Part shown: positions 11,025-19,979 of the stretch, piece after piece
Position numbering within the stretch: the first letter of the stretch is position 1
How the letters are laid out: the number at the start of each line of letters is the position of its first letter
Assembly (NCBI GenBank): GCA_910577415.1
Contig: CAJTLK010000001.1
Coordinates: forward strand, 1 to 56,979
DNA: 56,979 nucleotides
Direction: 5' to 3'
Source: an uncultured Oscillospiraceae bacterium
GTDB lineage: Bacteria; Bacillota; Clostridia; Oscillospirales; Oscillospiraceae
The notes under the pieces: generated by a model
Databases searched by the model: none
Told to the model about the DNA's origin: nothing
The model's input: only the letters and a program-made list of their open reading frames with translations
Translations under genes and position numbers: made by a program

Positions 11025-12341
11025 TTACTCGTACCTTGCGTTAATGTTGGCGTTGATGTCTTTAATGGCCTCGGCCTGTTCGGGGGAATCCTTAATGAGC
11101 TTTTCCACCCGCTCGATGGAGTGCATGGCGGTGGTGTGGTCCCGCCCGTTAAAGACCCGGCCAATTTCTTTAAGGGAAAGGTTGGTCATGCGGCGGATCT
11201 CATACATAGCCACCTGCCGGGCCATGACCGTGTCCTTGGTCCGGGCCTGCCCCTTAATGTCCAAGGGGTCGATATTATAAAATTTGCCTACCTCTTCAAT
11301 GATCGTATCGGGAGAGGGCATAAAGTCCTGCTTGTCCTTAAACATATCCCGGACGGCACGGGTCACGGTGTCTACGTCCACCTGCTGGCCCAGTAGCTCC
11401 TGAAAGGCTAAGATTTTGTTGACGGTGCCCTCGATCTGGCGCACGTTGGCGGTGATATTTTCCGCAATAAAGCTCAGCACCGGCTCGGGCAGGTTCATGC
11501 CCCGGGAAATGGCCTTATTTTTGATGATCGCCACCCGTGTCTCATAGTCAGGGGGCTGAATGTCCACAGGCAAGCCCCACTCAAAGCGGGTCTTCAGCCG
11601 GTCATCCAGCCGGAGCATTTCCTTGGGGGGGCGGTCAGCGGTGAAGACGATCTGTTTGCCCTGTTCGTAAAGGGTGTTAAAGGTGTGGAACATCTCCTCC
11701 TGGCTGGCCTGCCGTCCGGCAATGAATTGGACGTCGTCCATAAGAAATACGTCGGCAGCCCGGTACTTTTCTCGGAACTCCTGGTTCTTGCCGCCCTGGA
11801 TGGCGGCGATAAGCTCGTTGGTAAAAGCGTCGCCCTTGATATAGACGATGCGGTAGTCCGGGTGCTTGGCGTGGATAGCGTGGGCAATGGCGTAAAGGAG
11901 GTGGGTCTTGCCTAAGCCGGACTCCCCGTAAAGGAAAAGAGGGTTGTAGCCCTTGGGCTTTCCCGGCGCGTCGGCCACGGCCTTGGCGGCCGACCAGGCA
12001 AACTTGTTGGAAGAGCCGACCACAAAGGTGTCAAAGGTATACTCCTCAGTGCCCGGAAGAAAGTCTCCCCGGTTAGATTCGTAGCCGTCCAGCTCCCCTT
12101 CCCCCAGGACCACCACATCAAAGTCAGTGGAAAAAAGCTCCCTGAGGGCCTTTTGGATGGCGGAGACGTAGCGAGAGGAAATAATATCCTTTTTGAAGTT
12201 GGAGGGGGTATGAATGACCAGGCAGTCGCCCTCCAGGGCCACAGCCCGGGCGTCGTCAAACCAGGTGCTCAGGGTAGTGGCAGTGAGGTCGGCCTCCATC
12301 AAGCGCAGCGCTTTTTTCCAAATTTCCTCGGCGGAATTCAT
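11025..12341 (-). CDS. dnaA: Chromosomal replication initiator DnaA
   Basis: YTFDTFVVG, YNPLFLYGESGLGKTHL, MDDVQFI, NVRQIEG, GRDHTT. Confidence 0.99.
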   Translation of the reverse strand: MNSAEEIWKKALRLMEADLTATTLSTWFDDARAVALEGDCLVIHTPSNFKKDIISSRYVSAIQKALRELFSTDFDVVVLGEGELDGYESNRGDFLPGTEEYTFDTFVVGSSNKFAWSAAKAVADAPGKPKGYNPLFLYGESGLGKTHLLYAIAHAIHAKHPDYRIVYIKGDAFTNELIAAIQGGKNQEFREKYRAADVFLMDDVQFIAGRQASQEEMFHTFNTLYEQGKQIVFTADRPPKEMLRLDDRLKTRFEWGLPVDIQPPDYETRVAIIKNKAISRGMNLPEPVLSFIAENITANVRQIEGTVNKILAFQELLGQQVDVDTVTRAVRDMFKDKQDFMPSPDTIIEEVGKFYNIDPLDIKGQARTKDTVMARQVAMYEIRRMTNLSLKEIGRVFNGRDHTTAMHSIERVEKLIKDSPEQAEAIKDINANINARYE

Positions 12342-12368
12342 GGGGTATCTTCTCCCTCATTTCTCTTT

Positions 12369-12511
12369 TGCGGATAATTGCCTACATTAATATATAGTAT
12401 ACCAAAAAAGCCCCTCTAAGGCAATGAAAAAGGGGGAGAAAACAGAAAAATTTTTCCACAAAAGCAGTCGGTTTTGTGGGCATTTCTTTGTTTGGCACAA
12501 AATGTGGGAAT
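12369..12511. other. oriC upstream part: DnaA boxes upstream of dnaA
   Basis: TTATCCGCA (minus, 12369-12377), TTTTCCACA (12452-12460), ATTCCCACA (minus, 12503-12511) and further degenerate copies. Confidence 0.7.
12396..12424 (-). promoter_or_regulatory. dnaA SigA promoter
   Basis: TTGCCT-17 bp-TATACT with extended TG; a DnaA box lies just downstream, consistent with autoregulation. Confidence 0.7.
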
Positions 12512-12548
12512 ATACCGCCCTTCTGGGCCGGCCTAAAGAAAAATAAGG

Positions 12549-12578
12549 TTGACAGGGCAGCGGTTTTTCCGATATAAT
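12549..12578 (+). promoter_or_regulatory. rpmH operon SigA promoter
   Basis: TTGACA-18 bp-TATAAT; a second extended -10 (TGTGGTATACT) at 12639-12649. Confidence 0.7.
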
Positions 12579-12763
12579 GACCGTTGCGGCTATTATACTT
12601 TGTTTGGGCTGTCATGTCACAGCGCAGCATTTAGGGCCTGTGGTATACTGTCGCCTGCGCCTTTATACGGCGCTGAATTTGTGAACCGCGCCCCGGACCT
12701 TTGTCCCCGGCGTTGTGGCAGACGGGGTTTTCTCCGTCAATCAGGAACAGGAGGTGCAGGAAA

Positions 12764-12910
12764 ATGCAGAGAATGAAGGGTATGACCTATAACCCCAAGA
12801 AGCGTCAGCGTCAGAAGGTCCACGGTTTCCGTAAGCGTATGTCCACCGCCAACGGCCGTAAGATCCTCTCCAGTCGGCGCCGCGCCGGTCGCGCCCGCCT
12901 GAGCTACTAA
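12764..12910 (+). CDS. rpmH: 50S ribosomal protein L34
   Basis: [42 protein letters not shown] before ATG 12764. Confidence 0.96.
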   Translation: MQRMKGMTYNPKKRQRQKVHGFRKRMSTANGRKILSSRRRAGRARLSY

Positions 12911-13011
12911 GGTGACGCGGCAAATCAAATAAGGGCTTTTTGGGGGCGGTGGAGTTTTTCTGCCGCCCCACATGTGCATGGGGTAAAAAGCAGGGAGGAG
13001 CATAGCCAGTC

Positions 13012-13365
13012 ATGAAGCATACTGTCTCCATGAAGGAAAACTATCTCTTCCGCCGGCTTTATGCCAAAGGAAAGTCCGCCGCGGCTGCGTCTTTGGCGGT
13101 CTATGTCCGGCCAAACCACTCCCAGCGCACCCGCCTGGGGATCACAGTGAGCGCCAAGATAGGCAAGGCGGTGCGGCGCAACAAGATCCGCCGCCGCATT
13201 CGGGAGGCTTACCGTATCCATGAGTACCAGCTGTCTCCTGGGTGGGACATTGTAGTGGTGGCCCGGACGAGGGCGGCATACGCCTCTTACGCCGAGCTGG
13301 AACGGAGCCTGCTTTCCCTGTTGGACAAGCTGGGAGTGCGGCAAAAGCGGGAGGCGGAAAAATGA
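13012..13365 (+). CDS. rnpA: Ribonuclease P protein component
   Basis: [25 protein letters not shown] (RNR-like motif). Confidence 0.96.
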   Translation: MKHTVSMKENYLFRRLYAKGKSAAAASLAVYVRPNHSQRTRLGITVSAKIGKAVRRNKIRRRIREAYRIHEYQLSPGWDIVVVARTRAAYASYAELERSLLSLLDKLGVRQKREAEK

Positions 13366-13580
13366 AAGGGTTGCTCCTTTGGTGCATCCGTTTTTACCGC
13401 AAGAACATCTCCCCCCTTTCCCAGCCCTGCTGCCGGTTTATTCCCACTTGCTCGGCCTATGCGTTGGAGGCGGTGGAGAAGTACGGCGCGTGGAAGGGCG
13501 GATGGCTGGCCTTGAAGCGGGTGCTGAAATGCCACCCCTTTCACCGGCAAAAAAGCGTGGAGTACGACCCTGTCCCATGA
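13362..13580 (+). CDS. yidD: Membrane protein insertion efficiency factor
   Basis: [24 protein letters not shown]...CHPF...YDPVP; ATGA overlap with rnpA. Confidence 0.95.
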   Translation: MKGLLLWCIRFYRKNISPLSQPCCRFIPTCSAYALEAVEKYGAWKGGWLALKRVLKCHPFHRQKSVEYDPVP

Positions 13581-13609
13581 CAAGAATTTAAGTGTGGAGG
13601 CCATATCCC

Positions 13610-14941
13610 ATGGATATTTGGTACTATGTCATGACCCCCTTTACCCTGCTGCTGAAGTTCTTCTGTCAGTTGCTGGGCAGCTACGGCCTGGCGCTGGTCT
13701 TCTTTGCCCTGGTGGTAAAGCTCATCCTATTCCCCCTTTCCCTCAAGGGAAAGAAGAGCATGATCCAAATGAATATGCTCTCCGGGAAAATGAACAAGCT
13801 CCAGAAGCAGTACAAGAACAACCAGCAAAAGTATAACGAAGAGGTGCAGAAGCTCTACGAGAAGGAGGGCGTGAACCCCATGGGGGGCTGCCTGTGGTCC
13901 TTCCTCCCTCTGCTGATCCTCTTCCCTCTTTACGCCATTATCCGCCAGCCCCTGAAGTACATGATGGGCATGACCCCCGACCAGATCGCCGCGGTGGCCC
14001 AGGCTTTGAACTGGTCCAGCGTGGCGTTGGAGCACAACTGGATCCGGGAGGCCGCCGACTTTGTCAACGCCGGAAATAACCAGCTCTATCTGTCCTCCCT
14101 CATCACCCCGGAAAACGTAGCGATGGTCCAGGCTGCGGCGGGGGAGACCGCCAAGGAGGTCTTCGCCATCAACTTCAGCCTGTTGGGAGTAAACCTGTCT
14201 CTGATCCCTAAGCTGAAATTCTGGGTGGACGGGCTGAAGGGCTTTGGGCTGTTCCTGGTGCCTGCCATCTCCGCCGGTACCAGCCTGCTCTTTTCCTTCG
14301 TCACTATGCGGACCAGCAGCATGAACAGCGAGAATTCCCAGGCCGCGCAGAATAAGACCATGCTCCTTATGAGTCCTCTGATGTCTTTGTGGATCGGCTT
14401 CTCCATGCCCGCGGCCCTGTCGGTCTACTGGATCGCCAACAACCTGCTGGGTATGGCCCAGGAGAAGATCAGCCATATCATGCTGAAAAAGGATTACGAA
14501 GAGGCCGCCGTGGCTGCCAAGCAGCGGGAGATCGAAGAGAAGGAAGAGGAGAAGCGTTTGCGCCGGGAAAAGGCGGAACGTCGGGCCAAAGAGGCCGAAG
14601 AGGCACGCCTTAACAAGGGAAAAAAGAAGGCGAAGACCGAGGACGAGGAGAAGCTCTCCCCTGAGCAGAAGGCCGCCAGCCGGGTGGGGATGCGCCAATA
14701 TGCCCGGGGCCGGGCCTACGACCCGGAGCGCTATGGCGGCGTGACGCCCTACCACGACGGCGAGGCCACCATCCAAGTGGCGGATAAGACAGCCGAAGCC
14801 GCGGGGACCGAAGCGGAAACTGCCGAGGCTCCTGTGGAGACTGCGGCGGAGATGGCGCAGACCATGGAGACCGCCCCTGTTGAAACGGCTCCTGTCAGTG
14901 AAAATGCTGACGAGACCGCAGAGACTACCACGGAAGATTGA
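13610..14941 (+). CDS. yidC: YidC/Oxa1 membrane insertase with long charged C-terminal tail
   Basis: VKLILFPL, LYEKEGVNPMGGCL, PAALSVYW; GGAGG RBS before ATG 13610. Confidence 0.93.
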   Translation: MDIWYYVMTPFTLLLKFFCQLLGSYGLALVFFALVVKLILFPLSLKGKKSMIQMNMLSGKMNKLQKQYKNNQQKYNEEVQKLYEKEGVNPMGGCLWSFLPLLILFPLYAIIRQPLKYMMGMTPDQIAAVAQALNWSSVALEHNWIREAADFVNAGNNQLYLSSLITPENVAMVQAAAGETAKEVFAINFSLLGVNLSLIPKLKFWVDGLKGFGLFLVPAISAGTSLLFSFVTMRTSSMNSENSQAAQNKTMLLMSPLMSLWIGFSMPAALSVYWIANNLLGMAQEKISHIMLKKDYEEAAVAAKQREIEEKEEEKRLRREKAERRAKEAEEARLNKGKKKAKTEDEEKLSPEQKAASRVGMRQYARGRAYDPERYGGVTPYHDGEATIQVADKTAEAAGTEAETAEAPVETAAEMAQTMETAPVETAPVSENADETAETTTED

Positions 14942-14967
14942 TCCCATCCGGGAAGGAGAGATACGTC

Positions 14968-15747
14968 ATGCAGAAGTTTATCGAGAGCACCGGAAAGACG
15001 GAGGAAGCCGCCATTGCCGCCGCCCTGGAGCAGTTAGGACTGTCCCGGGAGGAGGTCTCGGTGGAGGTTTTGGAGCTTGCGAAGCCCGGCTTCCTGGGCA
15101 TTGGCGGCACTCTTGCCAAGGTCAAGGTGACATACGAAGGCCCCGACGAGCCTGAAGAGGCCCCCACCCCTGCTGTGGAGGAGATCGCTCCCGCCGATGA
15201 GGCCGACAGTGTGGAATATGCCACCATGGACGCGGCTTTTGCTGAGGAGGAAGAGACTGCGGCCACCCCTGCCGCCGCTGATGACGAGTATGCGGCAAAG
15301 ATCGTGGATTTTCTGAGCGGACTGTTGGAGCGTATGGAGGTCAACGCTGTGCCCCACGTGTCGGTGGACGCCGAGGGCAATTACCTGGTGGAGCTGGAGG
15401 GCGAGGGTCTGGGAGCTGTTATCGGACGCCGGGGCGAGACCCTGGATGCGCTTCAACAGCTCACAGGCTACGCCGTGAACCACGGCCAGCAAAAGCGGGT
15501 GCGGGTGCGCATCGATGCCGAGGGTTACCGCTCCAAGCGGGAGGAGTCCCTGGAGCGCATGGCCCGCCGTATGGCCGACAAGGTGGTGCGCTATCGCCGG
15601 AACATGACCCTAGAACCCATGAACGCCTATGAGCGTCACGTGGTGCATACCGCCCTCCAGGACTATCCCGGTGTGACCACCTACTCCATCGGCGCCGAAC
15701 CCAACCGGCGCACCGTGGTGGCCTACGCCCCCGGCGGAGAAGAATAA
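14968..15747 (+). CDS. jag: RNA-binding cell elongation regulator Jag/EloR (KhpB)
   Basis: Jag_N (GKTEEAAI...GFLGIG), KH (IGRRGETLDALQ) and R3H (MNAYERHVVH) domains. Confidence 0.95.
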   Translation: MQKFIESTGKTEEAAIAAALEQLGLSREEVSVEVLELAKPGFLGIGGTLAKVKVTYEGPDEPEEAPTPAVEEIAPADEADSVEYATMDAAFAEEEETAATPAAADDEYAAKIVDFLSGLLERMEVNAVPHVSVDAEGNYLVELEGEGLGAVIGRRGETLDALQQLTGYAVNHGQQKRVRVRIDAEGYRSKREESLERMARRMADKVVRYRRNMTLEPMNAYERHVVHTALQDYPGVTTYSIGAEPNRRTVVAYAPGGEE

Positions 15748-15765
15748 GAGAAGACGAGAAAAGAG

Positions 15766-15798
15766 AACCCCCACGGGTCATTGACCCGTGGGGGTTTT
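15766..15798 (+). terminator. Terminator of the rpmH-jag operon
   Basis: AACCCCCACGGGTCA-T-TGACCCGTGGGGGTT followed by a T-rich tract. Confidence 0.85.
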
Positions 15799-15825
15799 GT
15801 TGTTGTGCGCTGTTGTTTGCGGGGG

Positions 15826-16106
15826 CTGTCACGCTGCGAACAGGTCAGGACGCTCGGTCACTTTCCCTCTGACTCAGGCTGGTCTCCGGGCCGCTCTGCG
15901 GCCCTGCGCTCGCCTTCGCTCCAGTCCAAGCTCCCTCGCTAACCTGTTCTCCGCGCTTCTCTCCTGTCACGCTGCGAAGCGGGGTGGTCGCTTCGGGATA
16001 TAACTCCTCCGACTTCGCAAAAAAGCTTCATGCGGCTTTGCCGCCCTAAGCTTTTTCGCTCCGCTCCGTCGTTATCCCCTCAGCACCCCGCTTCTCCGCG
16101 CTTCTC
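15826..16106. repeat. Two tandem rod-like hairpin units with identical 15-nt termini
   Basis: Units 15826-15961 and 15964-16106 both begin CTGTCACGCTGCGAA and end TTCTCCGCGCTTCTC; interiors differ but each is self-complementary. Confidence 0.8.
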
Positions 16107-16108
16107 AG

Positions 16109-17434
16109 TTACCACCAAAAGTTCCCGAACGGCCAGGTGCTGAAGCCACTGTTGCCGGTGCTGGGCTGACGCTGAGCGGGCTGCAGGGACTCCTGGTAGC
16201 TTTTCTGAAGCTGATCCATGGCCTCGGAGCGGGCCTGGTCATACTCGTCCAGGGTGGCGGCGACGGTGAGGGTCTCGTTGTTCCGCCAGAGGGTGAAATT
16301 CACTTTCTCTCCGGCCTTGTGGGCTTTAACGGCCTCCTTCAGCTCGTCGGCGCTGGTGATGGCGGTGTCGTCCACGGCGGTAATGATGTCGCCTTCCTGA
16401 ATGCCCGCCTTATCGGCGCAGGAGCCGTCCAGAACGGCGGAGATATAGGCACCATCGGGGATGCCATAGCGCTGAATGGCTTCGTTGGAGACCTCCTCCA
16501 TCAAAATGCCCACATTGGGCTTGCCGGTGACATAGCCCTTCTCAATAATGTCGCTGACCATGTCAATAACATCATTGATGGGAATGGCGAAGCCGATGCC
16601 CTCAATGGAGGCGTTGGTGGAACCGTTGTTGGAATACTTGGCGTTGGTAATGCCGATGCACTCTCCATAGGTGTTGAAGAGGGGGCCGCCGGAGTTGCCT
16701 GAGTTGATGGCGGCGTCGGTCTGCATCACGTTGATGGTGTTGCCGTCGGACATGGTAATGTTCCGATCCAGAGCGGAGACATAGCCGGCGGTCAAGGTAA
16801 AGGTAAGCTCACCCAGGGGGTTGCCGATAGCAACCACCTGCTGGCCCACCTTCATATCGTCGGAGTTGCCCACCACCACGGTCTGGAGGCCGGAGGCGTC
16901 GATCTTCAGTACGGCGATGTCATTGGCCTCTTCGCCGCCTACCAGTGTGGCGTCATAGGTGGTGCCGTCGGCAAAGGAGACCTTCAGGTCGTCCACGCCG
17001 TCAATGACATGGTAGTTGGTGAGAATATAGCCGTCGGAGGTAATGACAAATCCGGAACCGGCCACCGGGTTACTGACCACCTGGCCCCAGTAGTTGGTCT
17101 TCACATCGCCGTTGACGCCCACAACGCTGCCCAGATTGGCGGCGTAGACTTGATCTACGGTCATAGCGTTCTGGCCGTCCACCCGGGCCACATGCACTGC
17201 GGTGGGGCCGCGGTCACTGACGTTGATGGTGGTGCCGGTCCCGCCAAAGCCGGCCAGCAGTCCCGCCGCCCCCATGCCTGCCGCGCCTACCGTGCCGCCC
17301 AGCAGGGCGCACACCAGACATAGAGCGACCATTTTTGCGGTGCTGTGCTTTTTGACCTTCACCGGGGCAGCCGCCGGGGTCGCAGAGGGGTCAATAAGCT
17401 GATCGTCCCATTTGTTATAATCGTTAAAATACAT
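16109..17434 (-). CDS. htrA: HtrA/DegP-like serine protease with PDZ domain
   Basis: GSGFVI, TNYHV, DIAVL, QTDAAINSGNSGGPL, PDZ; N-terminal TM; AAGGAG RBS before MYFND. Confidence 0.93.
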   Translation of the reverse strand: MYFNDYNKWDDQLIDPSATPAAAPVKVKKHSTAKMVALCLVCALLGGTVGAAGMGAAGLLAGFGGTGTTINVSDRGPTAVHVARVDGQNAMTVDQVYAANLGSVVGVNGDVKTNYWGQVVSNPVAGSGFVITSDGYILTNYHVIDGVDDLKVSFADGTTYDATLVGGEEANDIAVLKIDASGLQTVVVGNSDDMKVGQQVVAIGNPLGELTFTLTAGYVSALDRNITMSDGNTINVMQTDAAINSGNSGGPLFNTYGECIGITNAKYSNNGSTNASIEGIGFAIPINDVIDMVSDIIEKGYVTGKPNVGILMEEVSNEAIQRYGIPDGAYISAVLDGSCADKAGIQEGDIITAVDDTAITSADELKEAVKAHKAGEKVNFTLWRNNETLTVAATLDEYDQARSEAMDQLQKSYQESLQPAQRQPSTGNSGFSTWPFGNFWW

Positions 17435-17541
17435 GCTCAGTCGCTCCTTTTGCTGTTTAGGTTTCCGTGAACAGCTTACAGGATACCTTGAAAATGTGTC
17501 CAAAAAATGAAGAAAATTCGAGAAGTTTTTGAATTCTTCCT

Positions 17542-18714
17542 TTAATTTTCTTCAGGTTTCTCCCCACCCCTAAGGATCGCGCCAATGTCGGCGGCGGCCA
17601 GACGCAGATCGGAGAGGACATTGTCTAAAACGCCGGAGCGGTATACGTTGATGACCACAAGGCACAGGATGGGCCCCAGGATCATGCCCAACACACCAGC
17701 CAGCTTCATTCCCACATAAACGCCCACTAGGGAGAGGATGGGGGAAAGGCCGGTCTGGCCCCCCAGAACCCTTGGTTCCGCCACCCGGCGAAAGAGGGCA
17801 ATAATGCCCCACACCACCATCAGCCCCACGGCGTGGCGGAAACTGCCGGTAAACAGGTCGATAAAGGCCCAGGGGACCATGACGGTACCGGCCCCCACAA
17901 TGGGGATAAAATCCAGCACCGCCAGCGCCAAAGCCAGACCCAGGGCCAGCAGCAGGGCGTAGTTCTGCTGGATGAGCATAAAACCGAAAAGAAGGATAAA
18001 GAAGACGCCTACCGAAAGGAGAAACTGTGCCCGGAGGTACCCGCCAAAGCCCGCCGTGGCCGCCCGCTTCACCTGAGAGAGGAAAAGGCGGGGACCGCTG
18101 GGGAGGGAATTTGTCGCCCGGTAGCGAAGGCTGGGCCACTCGGCAGAGAGAAAATAGGCGGCCATAACAAACACAATGGTGCTCACCGCAAAGGAGGGCA
18201 GCCGGGTAGCCATCCCGGTGAGACGGTTGCCGATCATACCAAGCAATACAGGTACTGCCGTCTCCAGCCATTGGAAGAGACTGTCAATAAGGCCGAGCAT
18301 GGTCTCTTCCACCGAATCGGGCAGCAGAGCCATCACCTGGGCCAGCGTGTTCAGCAGCCGCTCCCAAACGCCTTGAAGGGACAGAGCCACGGAGTCCCAA
18401 TCCTTGGCCAGCTCCACTACCTCGCTTACCAGGCCTGCCGTCAATGCCCAGAGCAGGCCAAAGAGAAGGGCAAAGGCCAATAAAATAAGAAGCAGAGAAA
18501 GGAAGTTCCGGGACCAGCCCAGCTTTTTGTGGAGCCACTTAATGGCGGGGTTGAGCATCCAGGCCACCGCCGCGGCAAACAAAAACGGGGCGAAAAGAGA
18601 GAGCAGCCACGGGCCAAAGCGGGCCAGAGCGAAGAGAAATACCGATACCAGGACCAGCCGAATGCCCAGGCGCAGCCAGAGCCGGCCACGGTCCGGCCAG
18701 GAGAGTTCTTTCAA
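17542..18714 (-). CDS. ytvI: Sporulation integral membrane protein YtvI (AI-2E family)
   Basis: Multi-TM; LDFIPIVGAGTVMVPW, EPRVLGGQTGLSP, GMILGP; TTG start. Confidence 0.85.
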   Translation of the reverse strand: MKELSWPDRGRLWLRLGIRLVLVSVFLFALARFGPWLLSLFAPFLFAAAVAWMLNPAIKWLHKKLGWSRNFLSLLLILLAFALLFGLLWALTAGLVSEVVELAKDWDSVALSLQGVWERLLNTLAQVMALLPDSVEETMLGLIDSLFQWLETAVPVLLGMIGNRLTGMATRLPSFAVSTIVFVMAAYFLSAEWPSLRYRATNSLPSGPRLFLSQVKRAATAGFGGYLRAQFLLSVGVFFILLFGFMLIQQNYALLLALGLALALAVLDFIPIVGAGTVMVPWAFIDLFTGSFRHAVGLMVVWGIIALFRRVAEPRVLGGQTGLSPILSLVGVYVGMKLAGVLGMILGPILCLVVINVYRSGVLDNVLSDLRLAAADIGAILRGGEKPEEN

Positions 18715-18785
18715 GAGCGGATCCCCTTTCCTTATTTTGATTCCTATGGCGGAAAAGCGTGGCCCAATGGGTCACGCTTTTCTTA

Positions 18786-19895
18786 TTATTCCCCGCTTTT
18801 CGCTCCGCCGCTCTTGCCCTTGCCGCCGCCCCGGTGGTGACGGCGGCGGGAAGGACCTCCCTGTTGCTGGGCGGAGTGGTCGGCCTGCTTGCGTCCGGGC
18901 TGTTTGTCTCCTCCCCGGCGGCGCTCGCCCTGCCGCGGAGGCTTGGCCTCGGAGCGGCCCATGACGGCGTCAATGTCGCCGGAGAGGTCCTGCTTTTCTG
19001 CCGGAATGAGCTTAGGGGTGGATCTGCGCAGCTTTTCCAGTTCGGAGCGGGGCGGGGCTACATAGTCCTCGGGACGGCGGCCCTTGCCGTTGCGAATGAT
19101 GTTCAGCTCGTCGGCGGCATAGCCCTGGGGCGTTTCGGGGGCCTCCTCCAGACGGACCTTTACCCGCTCCCGCAAAAAATCCACCTCGCATACGGTGCCT
19201 GCGCCGTCGGGGGTCTCCACAAAGGACTCGTTTTTGGGCAAACGCTTCACCGCGTCCTCATAGGCGTCCTGTTCGTATTTGAGACAGCACATAAGCCGTC
19301 CGCAGGCGCCGGAAATTTTGGCGGGATTCAGGCTCAGTCCTTGGGTCTTGGCCATCTTAATGGAAACAGGCTGGAATTGTTCCAGAAAGGCGTTGCAGCA
19401 ATAGGGTCTGCCACAGATGCCCAGGCCGCCGATAAGCTTGGACTCATCCCGGACGCCGATCTGCCGCAGCTCGATGCGGGCGTGAAGGGTAGCGGCAAGG
19501 TCCCGCACCAGGGCGCGGAAGTCCACCCGGCCCTCGCTGGTGAAAAAGAAAAGGAGCTTGTTGCCGTCAAAGGAGCACTCGCAGCGGACCAGGTCCATTT
19601 CCAGCTTATGCTCGGCGATCTTCTCCTCGCAGACCTGAAGGGCTTCCTTCTCCCGCTCCCGGTTTTTCTGAAGGGCGGCGCGGTCAGCGTCGGTGGCAAG
19701 GCGCAGCAGGGGCCGCAGAGGGGGGACGACCTGGTCATCCTCCACCATGGAATTGCCCCGGCAGCATACGCCGAACTCGGGACCCTTGGCGGTCTCAATA
19801 ATGACCTCGTCGCCGGTCTTGACCTTCAGGTCTTTGGGGTCAAAGTAATATTCTTTTCCTCCGCTGCGAAAGCGGACCGCAATGATCTCAGTCAT
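18786..19895 (-). CDS. ricT: PSP1-domain protein RicT/YaaT
   Basis: RVDFRALV, RIELRQIGVRDE, GGLGICGRPYCC, KISGACGRLMCCLKYE. Confidence 0.93.
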   Translation of the reverse strand: MTEIIAVRFRSGGKEYYFDPKDLKVKTGDEVIIETAKGPEFGVCCRGNSMVEDDQVVPPLRPLLRLATDADRAALQKNREREKEALQVCEEKIAEHKLEMDLVRCECSFDGNKLLFFFTSEGRVDFRALVRDLAATLHARIELRQIGVRDESKLIGGLGICGRPYCCNAFLEQFQPVSIKMAKTQGLSLNPAKISGACGRLMCCLKYEQDAYEDAVKRLPKNESFVETPDGAGTVCEVDFLRERVKVRLEEAPETPQGYAADELNIIRNGKGRRPEDYVAPPRSELEKLRRSTPKLIPAEKQDLSGDIDAVMGRSEAKPPRQGERRRGGDKQPGRKQADHSAQQQGGPSRRRHHRGGGKGKSGGAKSGE

Positions 19896-19979
19896 GGAAT
19901 ACCTCCTATTATAGCACCAGGCGCACAGCGCCGCCGTGACTATAATTATTTTGACAATGTAATAGCCGCGGGGCGGCTA

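Noticed and set aside
15826..16106. Possible CRISPR array, or the 71-aa ORF 15788-16003
   Set aside because: Only one full junction repeat, spacers over 100 nt and self-complementary, no cas genes; the ORF lacks an RBS and runs through hairpins.
17508..17554. Inverted repeat TGAAGAAAATT...AATTTTCTTCA upstream of htrA
   Set aside because: AT-rich and partly inside the ytvI coding end; could be an operator or chance, and no known box could be assigned.
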